Assembly (NCBI RefSeq): GCF_052425735.1
Contig: NC_135760.1
Coordinates: forward strand, 13,392,001 to 13,456,000
Direction of reading: 5' to 3'
Length of the DNA: 64,000 nucleotides
DNA from: Oculina patagonica
Lineage: Eukaryota
The stretch's first letter is position 1. Each line of letters begins with the position of its first letter. This document shows, piece by piece, positions 1-12,656 of this stretch. A program made the translations under genes and the position numbers. The notes beneath the pieces were generated by a model, which worked only from the letters and a program-made list of their open reading frames with translations, ran no database searches and was not told where the DNA came from.

Positions 1-148
1 CTCCAAGGCAGCCATTTTGCATCTGACACGTCGTACGCAAATAGACTGGGCTCTAGTCACCAGTACTTTTCTTCCTCCGAAAACGCCTTGTGAATTTTCT
101 TTATTGACTGAAAACAGAAAAAATATTCATCACATAGCCTTCTTCACC

Positions 149-1404
149 ATGTCTGTGTCGACCCTTGTAAAAGCCCAGTGGCTACGCCAATTGATGCTTC
201 AAAAAACAAAATATCTGCGAGTTTTGGATGCGTCTTGGCACCTCCCAAAGGAAAATCGTGATCCGAAGAAAGAGTTTGAGGCGCACAGGATTCCAGGGGC
301 AAAGTTTTTCGACATTGAAGAGTGCGTGGACAAGTCGTCACCTTACGACCACATGTTGCCAAATACCGAAGATTTCTCAAACTATGTTCGCAGTCTTGGA
401 ATCAAGAACGACAGCCATGTTATTGTGTACGATAACAACAAAGCTGGTTTATTCTCGGCTCCCCGGGTGTGGTGGATGTTTCGTGCATTCGGGCACGATC
501 GGGTATCACTTCTGGATGGCGGGTTTCCAAAGTGGTGTGCAGAGGGTTATCCAGTTAAATCAGGACCAGAGAGTTCAAAACCAATTGAAGGTAACAGCTG
601 GTCTTGTAGATTTAAAATTACTTGTAAAACATGGAGGTCCAGGGTTTTAGCAGGGACAGTCTGCTAAAACCTAAGAAGGGTGGGGTGGATCATGTTGTTG
701 TCACCCATCTTGATTACCGACAGAACCTCATCGAACAGTAGTTACTGCGCTAAGAATGTCAAACGTCACCAAAAATTACCATTCTGCTGCAAAATTGCCT
801 TATCATATAGAGACTGAAATACTTTCTATTTTCACACAAAAATTACTCACCCTACCCCTATCTAGGACTGCAGATTTCATCACATTTTTTGGGGGGGCGG
901 GGGAGTAGTATTCTAACATTCTTCTATTTTGTTATATTTTAATTTATGTTGTTTTTTTAAATTTTCACAGATGGTGGCCCATTCAAAGCAACCTTTAATA
1001 CATCCATGTTCTGTGACTTTGATTTTGTGAAAGCCAATTTAGCACATCCAACCATACAAGTCGCTGATGCACGATCACCTGGCAGATTCTTTGGAACTGA
1101 ACCAGAGCCACGCCCTAACTTCCCGTCTGGTCACATTCCACATGCAAAAAGTTTCCACTACGCTCTGTGTTTAGATCCCGAAACACAGCTGATGAAAGAT
1201 CCCGAGCAGTTGAAGAAAGTTTTTGAGGATGCGGGAATTGATCTTAGAAAACCTCTTATCACATCCTGTGGATCTGGGATCTCAGCATGTATCTTGGCTT
1301 TGGCTGTACACCTTTGTGGGAAAACAACAGACACCATGGTTTATGATGGATCTTGGGTAGAGTGGGCACAACGTGCTACTCCTAATATGATTGAAAAGAA
1401 TTAA
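149..1404 (+). CDS. MPST: Two-domain rhodanese sulfurtransferase, 3-mercaptopyruvate sulfurtransferase-like; exons 149-590 and 971-1404 (~291 aa)
   Basis: Rhodanese motifs LDASW, HRIPGAKFFD, RVWWMFRAFGH, LDGG, GHIP and YDGSWVEW. The active-site loop CGSGIS resembles MPST (CGSGVT) rather than TST (CRKGVT). A GT-AG intron at 591-970 joins the two ORFs in frame. Confidence 0.88.
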
Positions 1405-2540
1405 GAATTTTTAACACTTCCTTATATAAATTTTCTGCAGTGATGTACAAACAAGGAACATTGTAATTTTGACAGAAAATTGCATCTGTTTAAAATATTT
1501 TAATCAAAGGCTCTTTAAAAAACTGTAATGACAGATTTCCATACCCTTTCCTATACCTAAACTTGTGAAATCCCTTCCCTTTTATATACCAAAAGCCTGA
1601 AAAAGGTACCCCTTTCATGCGGAGCCTCCTAAATAGGCCATTATAAGGAGTACCCCCCCCCCTCCCCCGGGTATAAATGTCACATTGAACTGGATGGAGA
1701 ATCAATTGTGGAGGGGTTTAGTAATAAACTTAAAATAAATGTATGCTATGTTCATTAAGTTATTGTCATAAAAAGCTAAGCATCTGATGCAATAATGACA
1801 CACAGAGTTAAGCCTTAAGGTCTCTACATAAAAATTAATACAACAATCTGAAAGTTTTTTCTTTTGATCAATACCCTACAGTGTATTATTTTATTTATCG
1901 AACACTGACCCAGCTGGGTCACATTAACACATTCTATGTATCACATTATAAAAAGCAGTTTTTTAGCTTTTTTAAAACACTTTGATTTGATGTAAAATAC
2001 TTTTATGTTGTACATTACTAAATTTAAATCGTGGAGCACCTGGAAACTAGCGAACAGCTAAGCGTGTACTTGTCCACATTTAATAAAGTATGTCTTATGT
2101 CTATGTCTTATACAAGCCTTGTAAAATAAACACAATATTTGAATAATTCCTTGTTAGATCACCTTATTAAAAAACGAAATTGCCTGTCAATTAACTTAAT
2201 CATCCAAAAGCACTTCCTTTTAAATAAAGAAAACACTTTTCTGTGACCGGTTCTATAATTTTTGTACTGTTAAAGACAAACACTTATTGTCACATCACTG
2301 TTACTCTACACTTTATATTTATCATGTGATCTATATCACACTTGTCAAACTCAGGCATTTTATGTACAAAATTACTTATAAATAACCTTTCTATTATTTA
2401 ACAATTAACAATGCCATGTTTTCTTGGATTATTTTCTTTATAAAATGTAACATAATATCTACGAAATTATAAGGCATTATGTATTGACAACTAATAGCAG
2501 TAGTTCCACAAGCCAAAAATTTAATAATGCCAGTTTTTAA

Positions 2541-2946
2541 AGGGAACCTCTTCTTGAGGCAAGTTGACGTTGAGTTGTTTGAATTAATGCCTAAACTACA
2601 AATTTTACAGGACAGGGGAGAAACAACATTTAATAACAACCGTAAACGGAAAAGATTATGGCTTTTAAATTTCCCGCTCGGCGCCATTTTGGAATTTATG
2701 ACGTCAGTGCGTTGCCCAATTGTTTCACACAAAAGAACCTCAGCTTTCTAATAATAGCGGCAACGCAGTGACGTCATAAAATTCAAAATGGCGGCACGCG
2801 GGAAATTTAAAAGCACAAAAATTGACAAATCAAAGGCCCAGTATTCTAATGAAAAAACGAATCCGCGACTTTAAACAACCAAAACGATTTTAGACTGTGG
2901 TAAACTTATTATTTTGACCAGAACTGTTTTACAGTCGAGGTTCCCT
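2541..2946. mobile_element. Non-autonomous Kolobok-like MITE
   Basis: TTAA at 2537-2540 and 2947-2950 flanks TIRs AGGGAACCTC/GAGGTTCCCT. Internal inverted repeats lie at ~2663-2717 and ~2759-2812. Confidence 0.7.
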
Positions 2947-3262
2947 TTAACATATACCTACGAAGTCATAACTGACTTCAGTTACTGTGTATAAAACAAG
3001 TATATTTCTAGTCTTTTTATGTAGCCAAGTTCTTGCAATGTGATACAACAACTAGGGATTTTCAGGAATCTACACATATTATCTGTAAATACAACTAAAA
3101 AATAGTGGAAGTTGAAAAAACACTTAGTCTGCCTTTTTTCTGTAAAGGATCCGATGTCTAGCATCATAGGCCAGCCTTCAATGTGTGCAGAGCTAGATAA
3201 ATGTTGTTAGTGTTCCAAAGTAAACTAGGTCTGGTGTGTTTTGAAAAGTAGTCTTGCTTGAG

Positions 3263-6200
3263 TCAGTTGTCCACATCCTCAGGGTATTGTTGTTGTAAGC
3301 ATTCATTTGGTATGTACTGGCTTCCAGTAAAACCTTTAAAGTACTTCCCCAGTTCAGGATGTGGGTTCAATGGCTGGTTAGGATCTTCCCTCAAGTTAAC
3401 TGCAAGAAGAAATGAGAGATAAACACTTAAGGTCATTGCCCTATATTGCAATGCGCATCCTTACTGTGCAGAATTTTATGCGCTTTTAGCGCATGCACAT
3501 AAACAAAATGGCGGCTTTTTTCTATGCGACTTAGTCTGCGAAAGTCTCTTTCTCGTAAACAAGTATGGTGACCTATCAATTTTTTCTCATATTTTGGGTG
3601 TAGCGATCAAGTTTTTTCTGTAAAAACGAAAACAGATCAATTTCTATGTTTGAAAAATAAATTATCACTGGAAATGTGTAATTTGCCAGTACTCGAAAGG
3701 GAATTATTAAGGAACTATGTGGTACATACAAGATCTTCCTGCTCCTAAATGAACATGGGGACCCCACTTTTTTATTTCAAAATATAAGTCCCCTATAGGT
3801 AATCAACAAGTAGGCAAAGTTTGGTTGAAAATATACCTATGTTCAGTACTATTTTGGGGCAATGTCCTTAATCATCGCCCTGCAGATTATATAGTGACTG
3901 TGTGTGAAATATTACAATTTGAATTTTACTCCATTGAATAATTGGAAAAACTTGGCTTACTGTGAGCAGCATATCTTTGCGAGCCATCATCGCCAAGCAC
4001 ATTGTAAAATGGCTGATTACGACCACCAGGTGAACGATCAACACCCATTTGCTGAATCCATGACTCATCCATCTTACAAACAGGATCCCAACCATAGATA
4101 ACACAGCCATAATGGTACCTGAAGAACAAGACATGGCCCAGTGACTAAAATATGGGACATGTGCATTGCTGATTAGGTGCCTATTTACTGGGAAGGCTAC
4201 CCGTGACTGGTCAGTGATAGTTTTGTTGCAAGAGTTGTCCCTTTCCTTTGAGTTCTGGGGTCTTGCACTGAGTGATGTAAGTGACTCAGTCTACTCAGTA
4301 GCCTGCTTGTTTTCATCAATCACAGCCAGTCAGCGTGCTACATGCAATGATGCATAATCAGTGGTAATTTTTTTTTTTTTTTTTTTTTCCTTTTTTTTTT
4401 TTTATCCAACCCCATAACCCAATGAAGACGCAGTACTAGAAGTCAAGATATCCGGATGTACATCTCATGGTACAGTATATACCGGTATATGTAGATCTCA
4501 AGTGACTACAACAAGACCAAACAGTGATACTTTATTGTTTTAGTGTTTTATCATGTTGATTCTTTCTTAACTTTGATTTGGCTTGATAGTAGTAGGCTAT
4601 TTGAAGAAATGATGACTGGACAGAAAATCATGTTTAATTGTTATCTGTCATCTAACAAATAATATTAATGGCAATTAACTGATAGCTGTATGACTAACTG
4701 TCACTGTAAGGCACAAGTAAATAACTTAGATGAAGTCTGACAAAGTCAATTTCTATAATCTATACTTACAACTTGTGCCTCATAACCATTCCAACTTTAA
4801 ATCCAACTTGAGAATGGCTTGGATCAGATCTTAGTTTCTGATGTTAAAAACAGATTGAAGGCAAGAGATTAGAGAAGAACACTTTGAAAGGTTAAGGAGA
4901 GAATTTGAATTTGACTTACTATTTGTTGCATCTAATAAGCATAAAAATGTACAGTCTCAGATCAGAAAGTAAATTTAATTCGAACATTGATGGGCATTAT
5001 GTATTCTTGAAATTGACTAACAGATTCAAATTTCAAATAATCAATTCATGAATGTACTCTAGGGTGGCACACTTCACCTGCCGCTGTCTTCTAAATTGCC
5101 AAATTAAACACCCCGAGGGGGGAGATACTCCCTATAATGACCTATAATACAGGAAGAAAAGGGGTACCTTTTCCAGGCTTCAGGTATATAAAAGGGTAGG
5201 GATTTCACAAGTTCAGGTATATGAAAGGGTAGGAAATTCTGTCATTAAGATATTTAAAAGGGCCTTTAAATTAACTTATGGCTGTATCGTCTAAATTTAT
5301 TAAGGGATACATAAAAATGTCAAGAAAACGTCCTGTTTTAAGCATGTCGTGTCGTGTAGGTATATGAAAGGGATACCTTTTTCTATAAAAGGTATACGAA
5401 AGGGGTGCTTTTTCGGTCAAAGTAGTATGGACCTCGGGGTGAAGCCTCCCCATATAAAACCTTTTTTAATGCCCCCCCCCCCCTGGGACTCTAGGGTGGC
5501 ACACTCCATCTGGCATGACTGTAAGTGCTGTCTAAATTGGCCAGTTCAATGCAGATCCAGCACACCTAACCTAGCATAATCACAAATTATTTATTTCAAT
5601 AATACACACAAAGCGTATTACTGTTAATAAAATCTATCTTGTCATACTGGTTGTGGAGGATTATTGAGATTATCTTCCAAATCCTGCTGGACTTTTTTGT
5701 GGTTGGCTCTTTCAAGAAGATTCTCCACAATTCCTCTACGTATTGGGACTGCAGTTGCTAGCAGGGTTTCAAGGCTGTCAATTGCCTATAGAAGATATTT
5801 AAAAAATAATTATTATTTTAGATCTAATTACATGTTATGCAACACTAGGTAGTGGTAGCTGCAACGTTGGTTTATTTTGAATTGTATTAATAAATTTGAA
5901 ACACATAAAAAGATTGTATAGAAATGGATAATTATTTTTATTATATAAAATGCAGTGGTATACCAAGTGGTAGAAAATTTATAAAAATGGTATCACAAAT
6001 GTGGATAAAAATGATATCCACACATGTAAGATATCATTTTTGACCAATCAGCTCGCAGAGTAATTGCCATGTTTTAATGCTCAATGATCAGCCAAAGTTT
6101 ATCAATATTAAGTTGAAACATCTTCAGTTCTTCCTTAAAAATATTCAGAAATTTTCGGAAAAGTTCGGAAATAATTTGTTCAGAAACATTTGTACGACTT

Positions 6201-9200
6201 TCAGACAACATTTTGGATATCCTGGGAAATCTTCGGAAAATCAAAGGGAATCTTTGGAAAATCGTCAAAAACCTTGTTTTCAGTAGGTTTGGAAAATAAA
6301 GAAAATAATACTGGTTGCTTGGAGGTATGAAATTTATCTTTGAGTGTTCAAATCGATATCTTGTTTATTTGCTGTGCCCACTAAAGAGACATCTATTTGA
6401 ACACTCAAAGATAAATTTTATATCCCCGAGCAACCCTCTATATAAATAAGACAATAATTACCCACCAACAATTTATTTATAAATAAGCTACAATTTACTC
6501 TTGTAACCAAATGTACCTCCTCCAAGTCAATTCCCAAGTGAACCTGTATTCTTGCCAGAAGCAGTCTGCTATCTTTATCATCAGGGTCAAGAAACAGTGC
6601 TAGGTCTAGAGAAGAATGCAGACCACTCAACCTGTGGAAAAAGACAACAAACTTGTGATACAATCATCAAAACCTTAAGTGGACAGTGTTTTTACTGTAT
6701 AGTGTGGTGGACTGTCTAATGAAGGGAGAACTCCAGCCTGCCCTTGTGAGATTAGTCTCCCTTAAGCCATGCAACGCTCCTCCACTCAAATGGCTGCTCA
6801 CATTCAAACAAATTCCTTTCCACCATTTCAACCAATCACCATTCGTTTGTGAGGAGGAGCATTGCATGAAAACACTAAAAATGGCTGCAAGGGAGACTAT
6901 TTTGAGATTCATGACAGTGCAAGGCTGGAAGTGCATACTATCAATAACTTCACTATCAATAAACTGATAAAAAGAAACAATAATGGGAGTGAAGGGAACT
7001 GACATCTAGGGTACATTATCTGAGCAAACTTTAGTGACCAAATTCTTGTTGGGATATTTGATCTACCGGTATTGGTTTTAATCTTTTTTAAACCTGCAGA
7101 TTGACAAGTAAGCTGGAATTTTAGTTATTTATTTGATATGTGAGTACCCACCGACTGCCTGGCTGTTCTACTGTCCTGTAGCTATTGACGATATTGGCTA
7201 CCATACGAATAAAAACCTGCAGGTCAACGCAGATATAAAATCAACATGATAACCATACTCACTGGTACATTAGTGATAAGAAAAATGTTACTAATAATTA
7301 AACTTAGTGTTGTGGTTTAGTTTCAAAAGAAGTACAGGTTTCTTGACAAATGCAACATGTATAATTTGCATTTTTTGTTCTGTCTCTTTTCTGAGAGCCA
7401 GAAGATAATTTTGGGTACTGAGATTAAAAACAACCGAAAAAAACAACAGATTATTCCAAGTATAAAGAAACTATAAAAAAAATCTACAGAAGAAACCAAG
7501 GCGTTATTAACAAAATTATATTTCAGCTTTGTGTTGTGCACTTTTCTAAGTCAATTTTGTAGTACCGGTACTCTTCTGATTAACCCCTAAACTGTACTGC
7601 ACTCCATCCCATTTTCCTCGATAATTATTACCGTACTAACAATGTCTTTTTAGTCAATATAATTATTCCAGTCAATTTTTTTACCTGTGCAGGAGTAGCT
7701 TTTACAAAAAGAGCATTTCCACTGGACCCCATGCTTGTCATTGATCCATAAAGCAAATCCAGGCACTGCTCCTCGGTCAGAAATCTTCCTCCACCAAAGC
7801 AGTCTATGTATTTGTATGCAGATGAATCATCTACCCTGCCAAACAAAGGAAAAACTAACTGACTGCATTATCCATAGGACAATGATTGATTCTTTGAACA
7901 CCCGGGCCTAAAATGGTCGAATTGTGATTGGCATTAATTTTGATTAATAAGGAAGAAAGAACTGGTCAGAAACAAAACATTGTCAGTCTGCAAGTCTGTA
8001 GGATTACTAGCTTAGTTATGTATGTAGCTTACTGTGGGTCCAGGCTAGATCTCCATCGCAGCAAAAAATGGCTGGGAAAATTGACCTGTAAAAAAATTAG
8101 AATTACATACAGTCAAAGCTCTCGTATAAGTGAACACCCTCGGGATGTGAAAAAAGTGTCCGTAACTGGAGCTGGCCGCGTACGAGAATGTTTCGTAAGC
8201 GGCCACTAGAGGTGTAGGGGATAGATGGCCGCTTACAGGAGCTTGCCCAGCTAACAATAACCGGACGGACTTGGATGACAACAAAACAAACACAGAAATA
8301 TGGTACTGCAATTACTGTAAATTAAATCATTGTGACGAACGGCAATGTGAAGTCGATTGATAAAAACAAGATACAGAGGTTTTTATAGGATTTTCTTTAG
8401 GGTGTCCGCTTACAGGAGCTTAAAAACAAAGAAAAAGTCCAAGTCGTAATCTGTGAAAGTGTCCGCGGCCGCTTACGGGAATGTCCTCTTACAAGAATGT
8501 AAAAATACAGAGTTTGTATGGGAGTTAAAACAGGGTTTCAAACAAGGCGACCGTAAGTGGAGCTGTCTGCTTACGAGAGTGTCCATTAAGAGAGCTTCGA
8601 CTGTAGTATGTGAAGTATATACTTTTTACAATACTTGTGGAAAATGGAAAGAGTTTGAACTAAAAATTTTGTTGGATTGGTGGCTAAAAAACCCAAATTA
8701 AGGGGATAAGAGCATGTTTGCCAATTTAGTATGCGCTACTTCTTTTTACTGACAGTGAAGTGCTACCAACATGTTGACTGATCAGCACAATAAGTCCAAC
8801 ACAGTGGTATACATTAGCTGAAACTGAGACTTTTTAGATCTCATTTACAGGAAAAGAACTTTCCATACTCACTGGTTCTAAACTAACTCCCAGTCTTCTT
8901 GCCACTGCTGCAAACAAAACTGCTAGAGTGATAGGGTTTCCAGTGCGATTTCTCACCACCTGGAAACAATACAGACTCAGCATAAATAGATTTCAACTAT
9001 TACTGTGTGAAATGAGGCTTTGTAAGCACAATATTTTGATGTCAGATTACTAACAAGTGAATTTAGTTTAGTGAACAATTTCACTGTTCACACTACTGAT
9101 AATAAAAATTAAATATAATAATATTAATAATAACAATAATAATAAAATAATAATCTTTATTTAGACAAGGTACTGTTTAAAGCTAGAAGCTTGTGGGGCT

Positions 9201-12200
9201 GTGTATTCCTGATCAAATTGGAATTTGGAAGTGTTGGTGGAAATTTGTGAAAGGGAGAAAACCTGAAAACCTGGAGAAAAACCCTTTGGAGCAAGGATGA
9301 GAACCAACAACAAACTCAACCCACATATGACGCAGAGTCTGGGAATCGAAACCGGGACACATCGGTAGGAGGTGAGTGCTCTCACACTGCGCAATCCTTG
9401 TTCCCCATTCACAAGAAAGATGCATGACAAGTGTAAAAGGGTTCTTATTGTGATCCAAATGTGCATACTATAATCTTGGCTAGGAAAAGCAGAGACTTCT
9501 TGACACTCAAATCTAACCACCATACGTCAGGTAAAGGGTACACCACCCATAATTTGGGGTGTTGAGTTTGTACGAGACAGCAAGACCGATATCTTTTCTG
9601 CAAGCTGAGACCTTTTTAGCCTTGCAAAAGAAATCAAAACTCCCTAGATGCGCATTTTTCGAAGGACCATTCACCACCCCTATAATTGCATGTTCTGTTA
9701 CCAGGCCTGACCAATCGATGAAACTCGATTATCAGAAATCAATCAATCAATCGATCAATCAATATCAATCGATGATGGTTAGTAAATTGATATCAATTAG
9801 TATCGGCCAATCGATGACCAATCGATAGTCACAAATAAAATTTCCTTTATAATTACATTGATTGTCATCGATTGTTATCGATATCTCGCAGCGTACATGG
9901 GCATCCCCTGGACAATTTTCCAGGATATCCGGAAATAAATTTTCGCAATCCTAAAACAACTGATTGTCAGCTGAGTGCAGGATGTCTGAAGAGCAAGATA
10001 AAGCGAAAGACGTGACACTCGTAATTAAGTGCGTAGTCAAAGACTACCATGCCTGTGACTTCACCGTTGAAGTTGGTGAGGAGTTTGTGGCTAAGAGAAA
10101 ATGGGAAGAGCGTAGAAACGCTTTTAAAGTAACTAATCAGTGTGGACAATTAGGCCATCTACAAGCTGGGCTGGTTTCTCCTCTCTGGCATTTAAATGCA
10201 GAAATCAATGCGTTAGTTAATTTTAAAATCCAGTTTCAAATGATTTTTCTGTATTTAATTCCCAGATTAAGTTTGTATTTTGTAGATTCTCATATTTCTC
10301 TAATTCCGTCGATTGCAGAACTGTAACAGGACCTCCAGCTAACGATACACATAACCAAAAAAAAAACGATTGATGAAAATCGATGATAATCGATGAAAAT
10401 CGATGAAATTAAAAGTCACAAAATTTCCCGTCATCGATTGATCATCTATTCCCAATATCAATCGATTAATTGGCATTGATTGTTATCAATTGATATCGAT
10501 TTGCATCTATTATCAGTTTCATCTATTGGTTAGGCCGCATCTGTTATCATCATGCAAAAAATAACCAACGTACATTGCTGACCTTATGACAGTACTATAC
10601 CTGATGAAGTATTGAGTTATCCTTTTTATAATATTCATTGACATTGCCTTTAAACTGTAACTGTTGATACAGCACATGCTTGAGACAATCCAAGATCCTT
10701 AAACACGCCGTAGGGTGTGTAACTGTTGCAAACTCCTCACTACTTAGTGCCATTCGTTCTTCCAGTGGGGCAGCTGTAGCTGTGCTGTTTGTACTGCTGC
10801 TACTGCTATTACCTCTAAGATTCTCCTGTACAATGCAAGCGATTCTATCAAGTTCCAAGTATGTGTCATTCTCATTGATGTCCTCCTCGTTCAGAATCCA
10901 TCTTCCAATCAACATGGCACCTGTCAAATGTACAATGTCAAAAAAACACCTTAAATTTTGCTAGTATATATAACCAGCTATTAAAAACTTAAAAATTTAA
11001 CAAATGTCAAGTAATGATGATGACGACAATGACAATGATGATGATGATGATGATGATGATATTTATACAGGATAACCCTGTCAGTATAATAGGCGCTGGT
11101 ATCAAAGGGGGTCCTGTTACTAAAATAAATATATAAAAATACTAAAAGTGCTTCATTTCACCTTTTTCTAGATGCTGTTGTTCTTCAGGTAATGCCAGAA
11201 ACTTTTTCCATTCATCTTTAAGCTGGTGAATTTTTAGGTGGGACTGCACCTTTCTGGCATAATGTCTGTGGGTCAAATTAACTTTGCTAAAAGAAGAAAA
11301 GCAAAAAGGTTAATAGATTGTCAGTGTCTCAGGAATGTAAAAGATATGATACATGTAGAAAGAACTTTATAAAGCTCTCAATTGAAACGTAGCAAAAATG
11401 TCGTTTCCAAGTAAACAAACTGAAGTCAATTTCTAAAGAAGAAACATTTTTCAGAAGAAACATGGTGTTCGTAACATCTCTTATCTATTCTCATGTATAC
11501 TAGTTGATTTATGAATCAGATTTGAAATACCGTAGGCCTCCTCTCGTTTTCTTTCAACCCCCCTCCCCCCTGCAAAAAAAAGAAGGGGAAAAAGAGGGAG
11601 GGCGCATAATAGAGCTTTCACATTTGCATTACAATTCAACAAAACTGTGAAACTAAGGGAAAAATACAGTTCAAGCATCTTTTAAGAATGAAGATGTGGA
11701 ACATACAGTAGTCTATTTATCTCTAAGAAGAGGATAAAAAAACTACATGAGTGCATCATTGACAAGAGTAGCTGCTGCCTCTTTAGATATTCGTACGCCT
11801 TACCAGTCATCTCCTTGTAAAAGTTCATGCAGATTATCATTTACGTGGCAACAAAGAGCAGGATTCTCATTTGCTAAATACACAAATCTGTCAAGTTCCT
11901 TCTTGTAGACCTCAGCTTTGGTATAATATTTTTTTGTTATAATTTCTAGAGCATGGTGAATTTTGTGTTCCATCAGTATTCTGTCTCTGTATATTACCAT
12001 CCAGTTTTCTTTTGGCTTGGTTCTCCAAAAATGCCACCTTTAAAAAAAATAACAAACTAAAAAAAATGATATTTTGAACTCAAGAAAATTCTATCTTGTT
12101 GGAACATGTTGCAAGTGTCCCATGCTATCTAACATGCTTATCCAACAAACTAGCATGAAAACGTTTGTTTGTTTGTTTACCTGCAGTTTTAGTCCCCTGT

Positions 12201-12656
12201 CATCATACATGAAAAACTAACAATCAGTTAGGCCATATCCTGAATATGCTAATGAGACCGTGATGTTGTTGTGTATTTTTACTAGCTTAAATCACTTAAA
12301 TGTAAGCTTATTTTCATATCAAACAAGACATAGAGCCTGGAGAGAAACCATAGCGACATTTGCTTTTGATCTTGGAGTTCCATGTGATAATTTACTTAAA
12401 ACACATTTATTTAGCACGACACGACTTATTTTTTGTGTTGTTTTGAATTTTCAGCTGACATTCAAGCTTGATAATAATACCTTGAAAGCGCCTTCTTTTT
12501 CCAAAGTTCATTTCCAGTTGCAATGATATTTAACCTTCTACAAACTTGCGAACAGTGACACAAGTCTTTGTGATCAATTATAGAGTAGGATAACACCATA
12601 TCGATCAGTTCATCAGCCAACAGAAGCAAACTGCAGCTTTCTCCTTCGTCCTCCAT
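3263..12656 (-). CDS. FBXO21: F-box only protein 21, multi-exon. Approximate exons: 12481-12656, 11801-12037, 11161-11288, 10600-10920, 8872-8960, 8033-8084, 7685-7834, 7148-7216, 6517-6631, 5647-5785, 4770-4837, 3961-4119, 3263-3399
   Basis: N-terminal F-box (LLLLADELIDMVL...CSQVCRRL); central SirB1/transglutaminase-like segment (FKGNVNEYYKKDNSILHQV, GNPITLAVL, NFPSHF, YIDCFGGG); C-terminal YccV-like domain (FKVGMVMRHKLYHYGCVIYGWD...QPFYNVLGDDGSQRYAA...HPELGKYF). This architecture is typical of FBXO21. Confidence 0.88.
3431..3867. mobile_element. TTAA-flanked Kolobok-like MITE in an FBXO21 intron
   Basis: TTAA|GGTCATTGCCC ... GGGCAATGTCC|TTAA. Confidence 0.6.
5112..5488. repeat. Interspersed repeat (MITE-like, CCC(G)n ends); a partial inverted copy lies at ~1510-1670
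   Basis: The block GGGGTACCTTTT..CAGGCTT..GGTATATAAAAGGG occurs at ~5160 (+) and ~1580-1615 (-). Confidence 0.55.
8110..8603. mobile_element. Tc1/mariner(pogo)-type MITE
   Basis: TA|CAGTCAAAGCTCTC ... GAGAGCTTCGACTG|TA, with repeated GTCCGCTTAC subterminal motifs. Confidence 0.7.
9200..9405 (-). mobile_element. tRNA-derived SINE
   Basis: The minus strand reads GCGCAGTGTGAGAGCACTC...GGTTTCGATTCCC (A/B-box-like), then a central domain GTGGGTTGAGTTTGTTGTTGGTTCTC...GGTTTTTCTCCAGG. Confidence 0.65.
9701..10539. mobile_element. Non-autonomous DNA transposon with ATCGAT-rich subterminal repeats and a HIRAN-like ORF (9964-10326)
   Basis: Imperfect TIRs GGCCTGACCAATCGATGAAACT / AGTTTCATCTATTGGTTAGGCC, and flanking TCTGTTA at 9694-9700 and 10540-10546. 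Confidence 0.55.

Noticed and set aside
17-667. 216-aa ORF as a complete protein
   Set aside because: It begins at a non-ATG codon upstream of the likely ATG (149) and runs past the splice donor at 591; it is exon 1 of the MPST-like gene.
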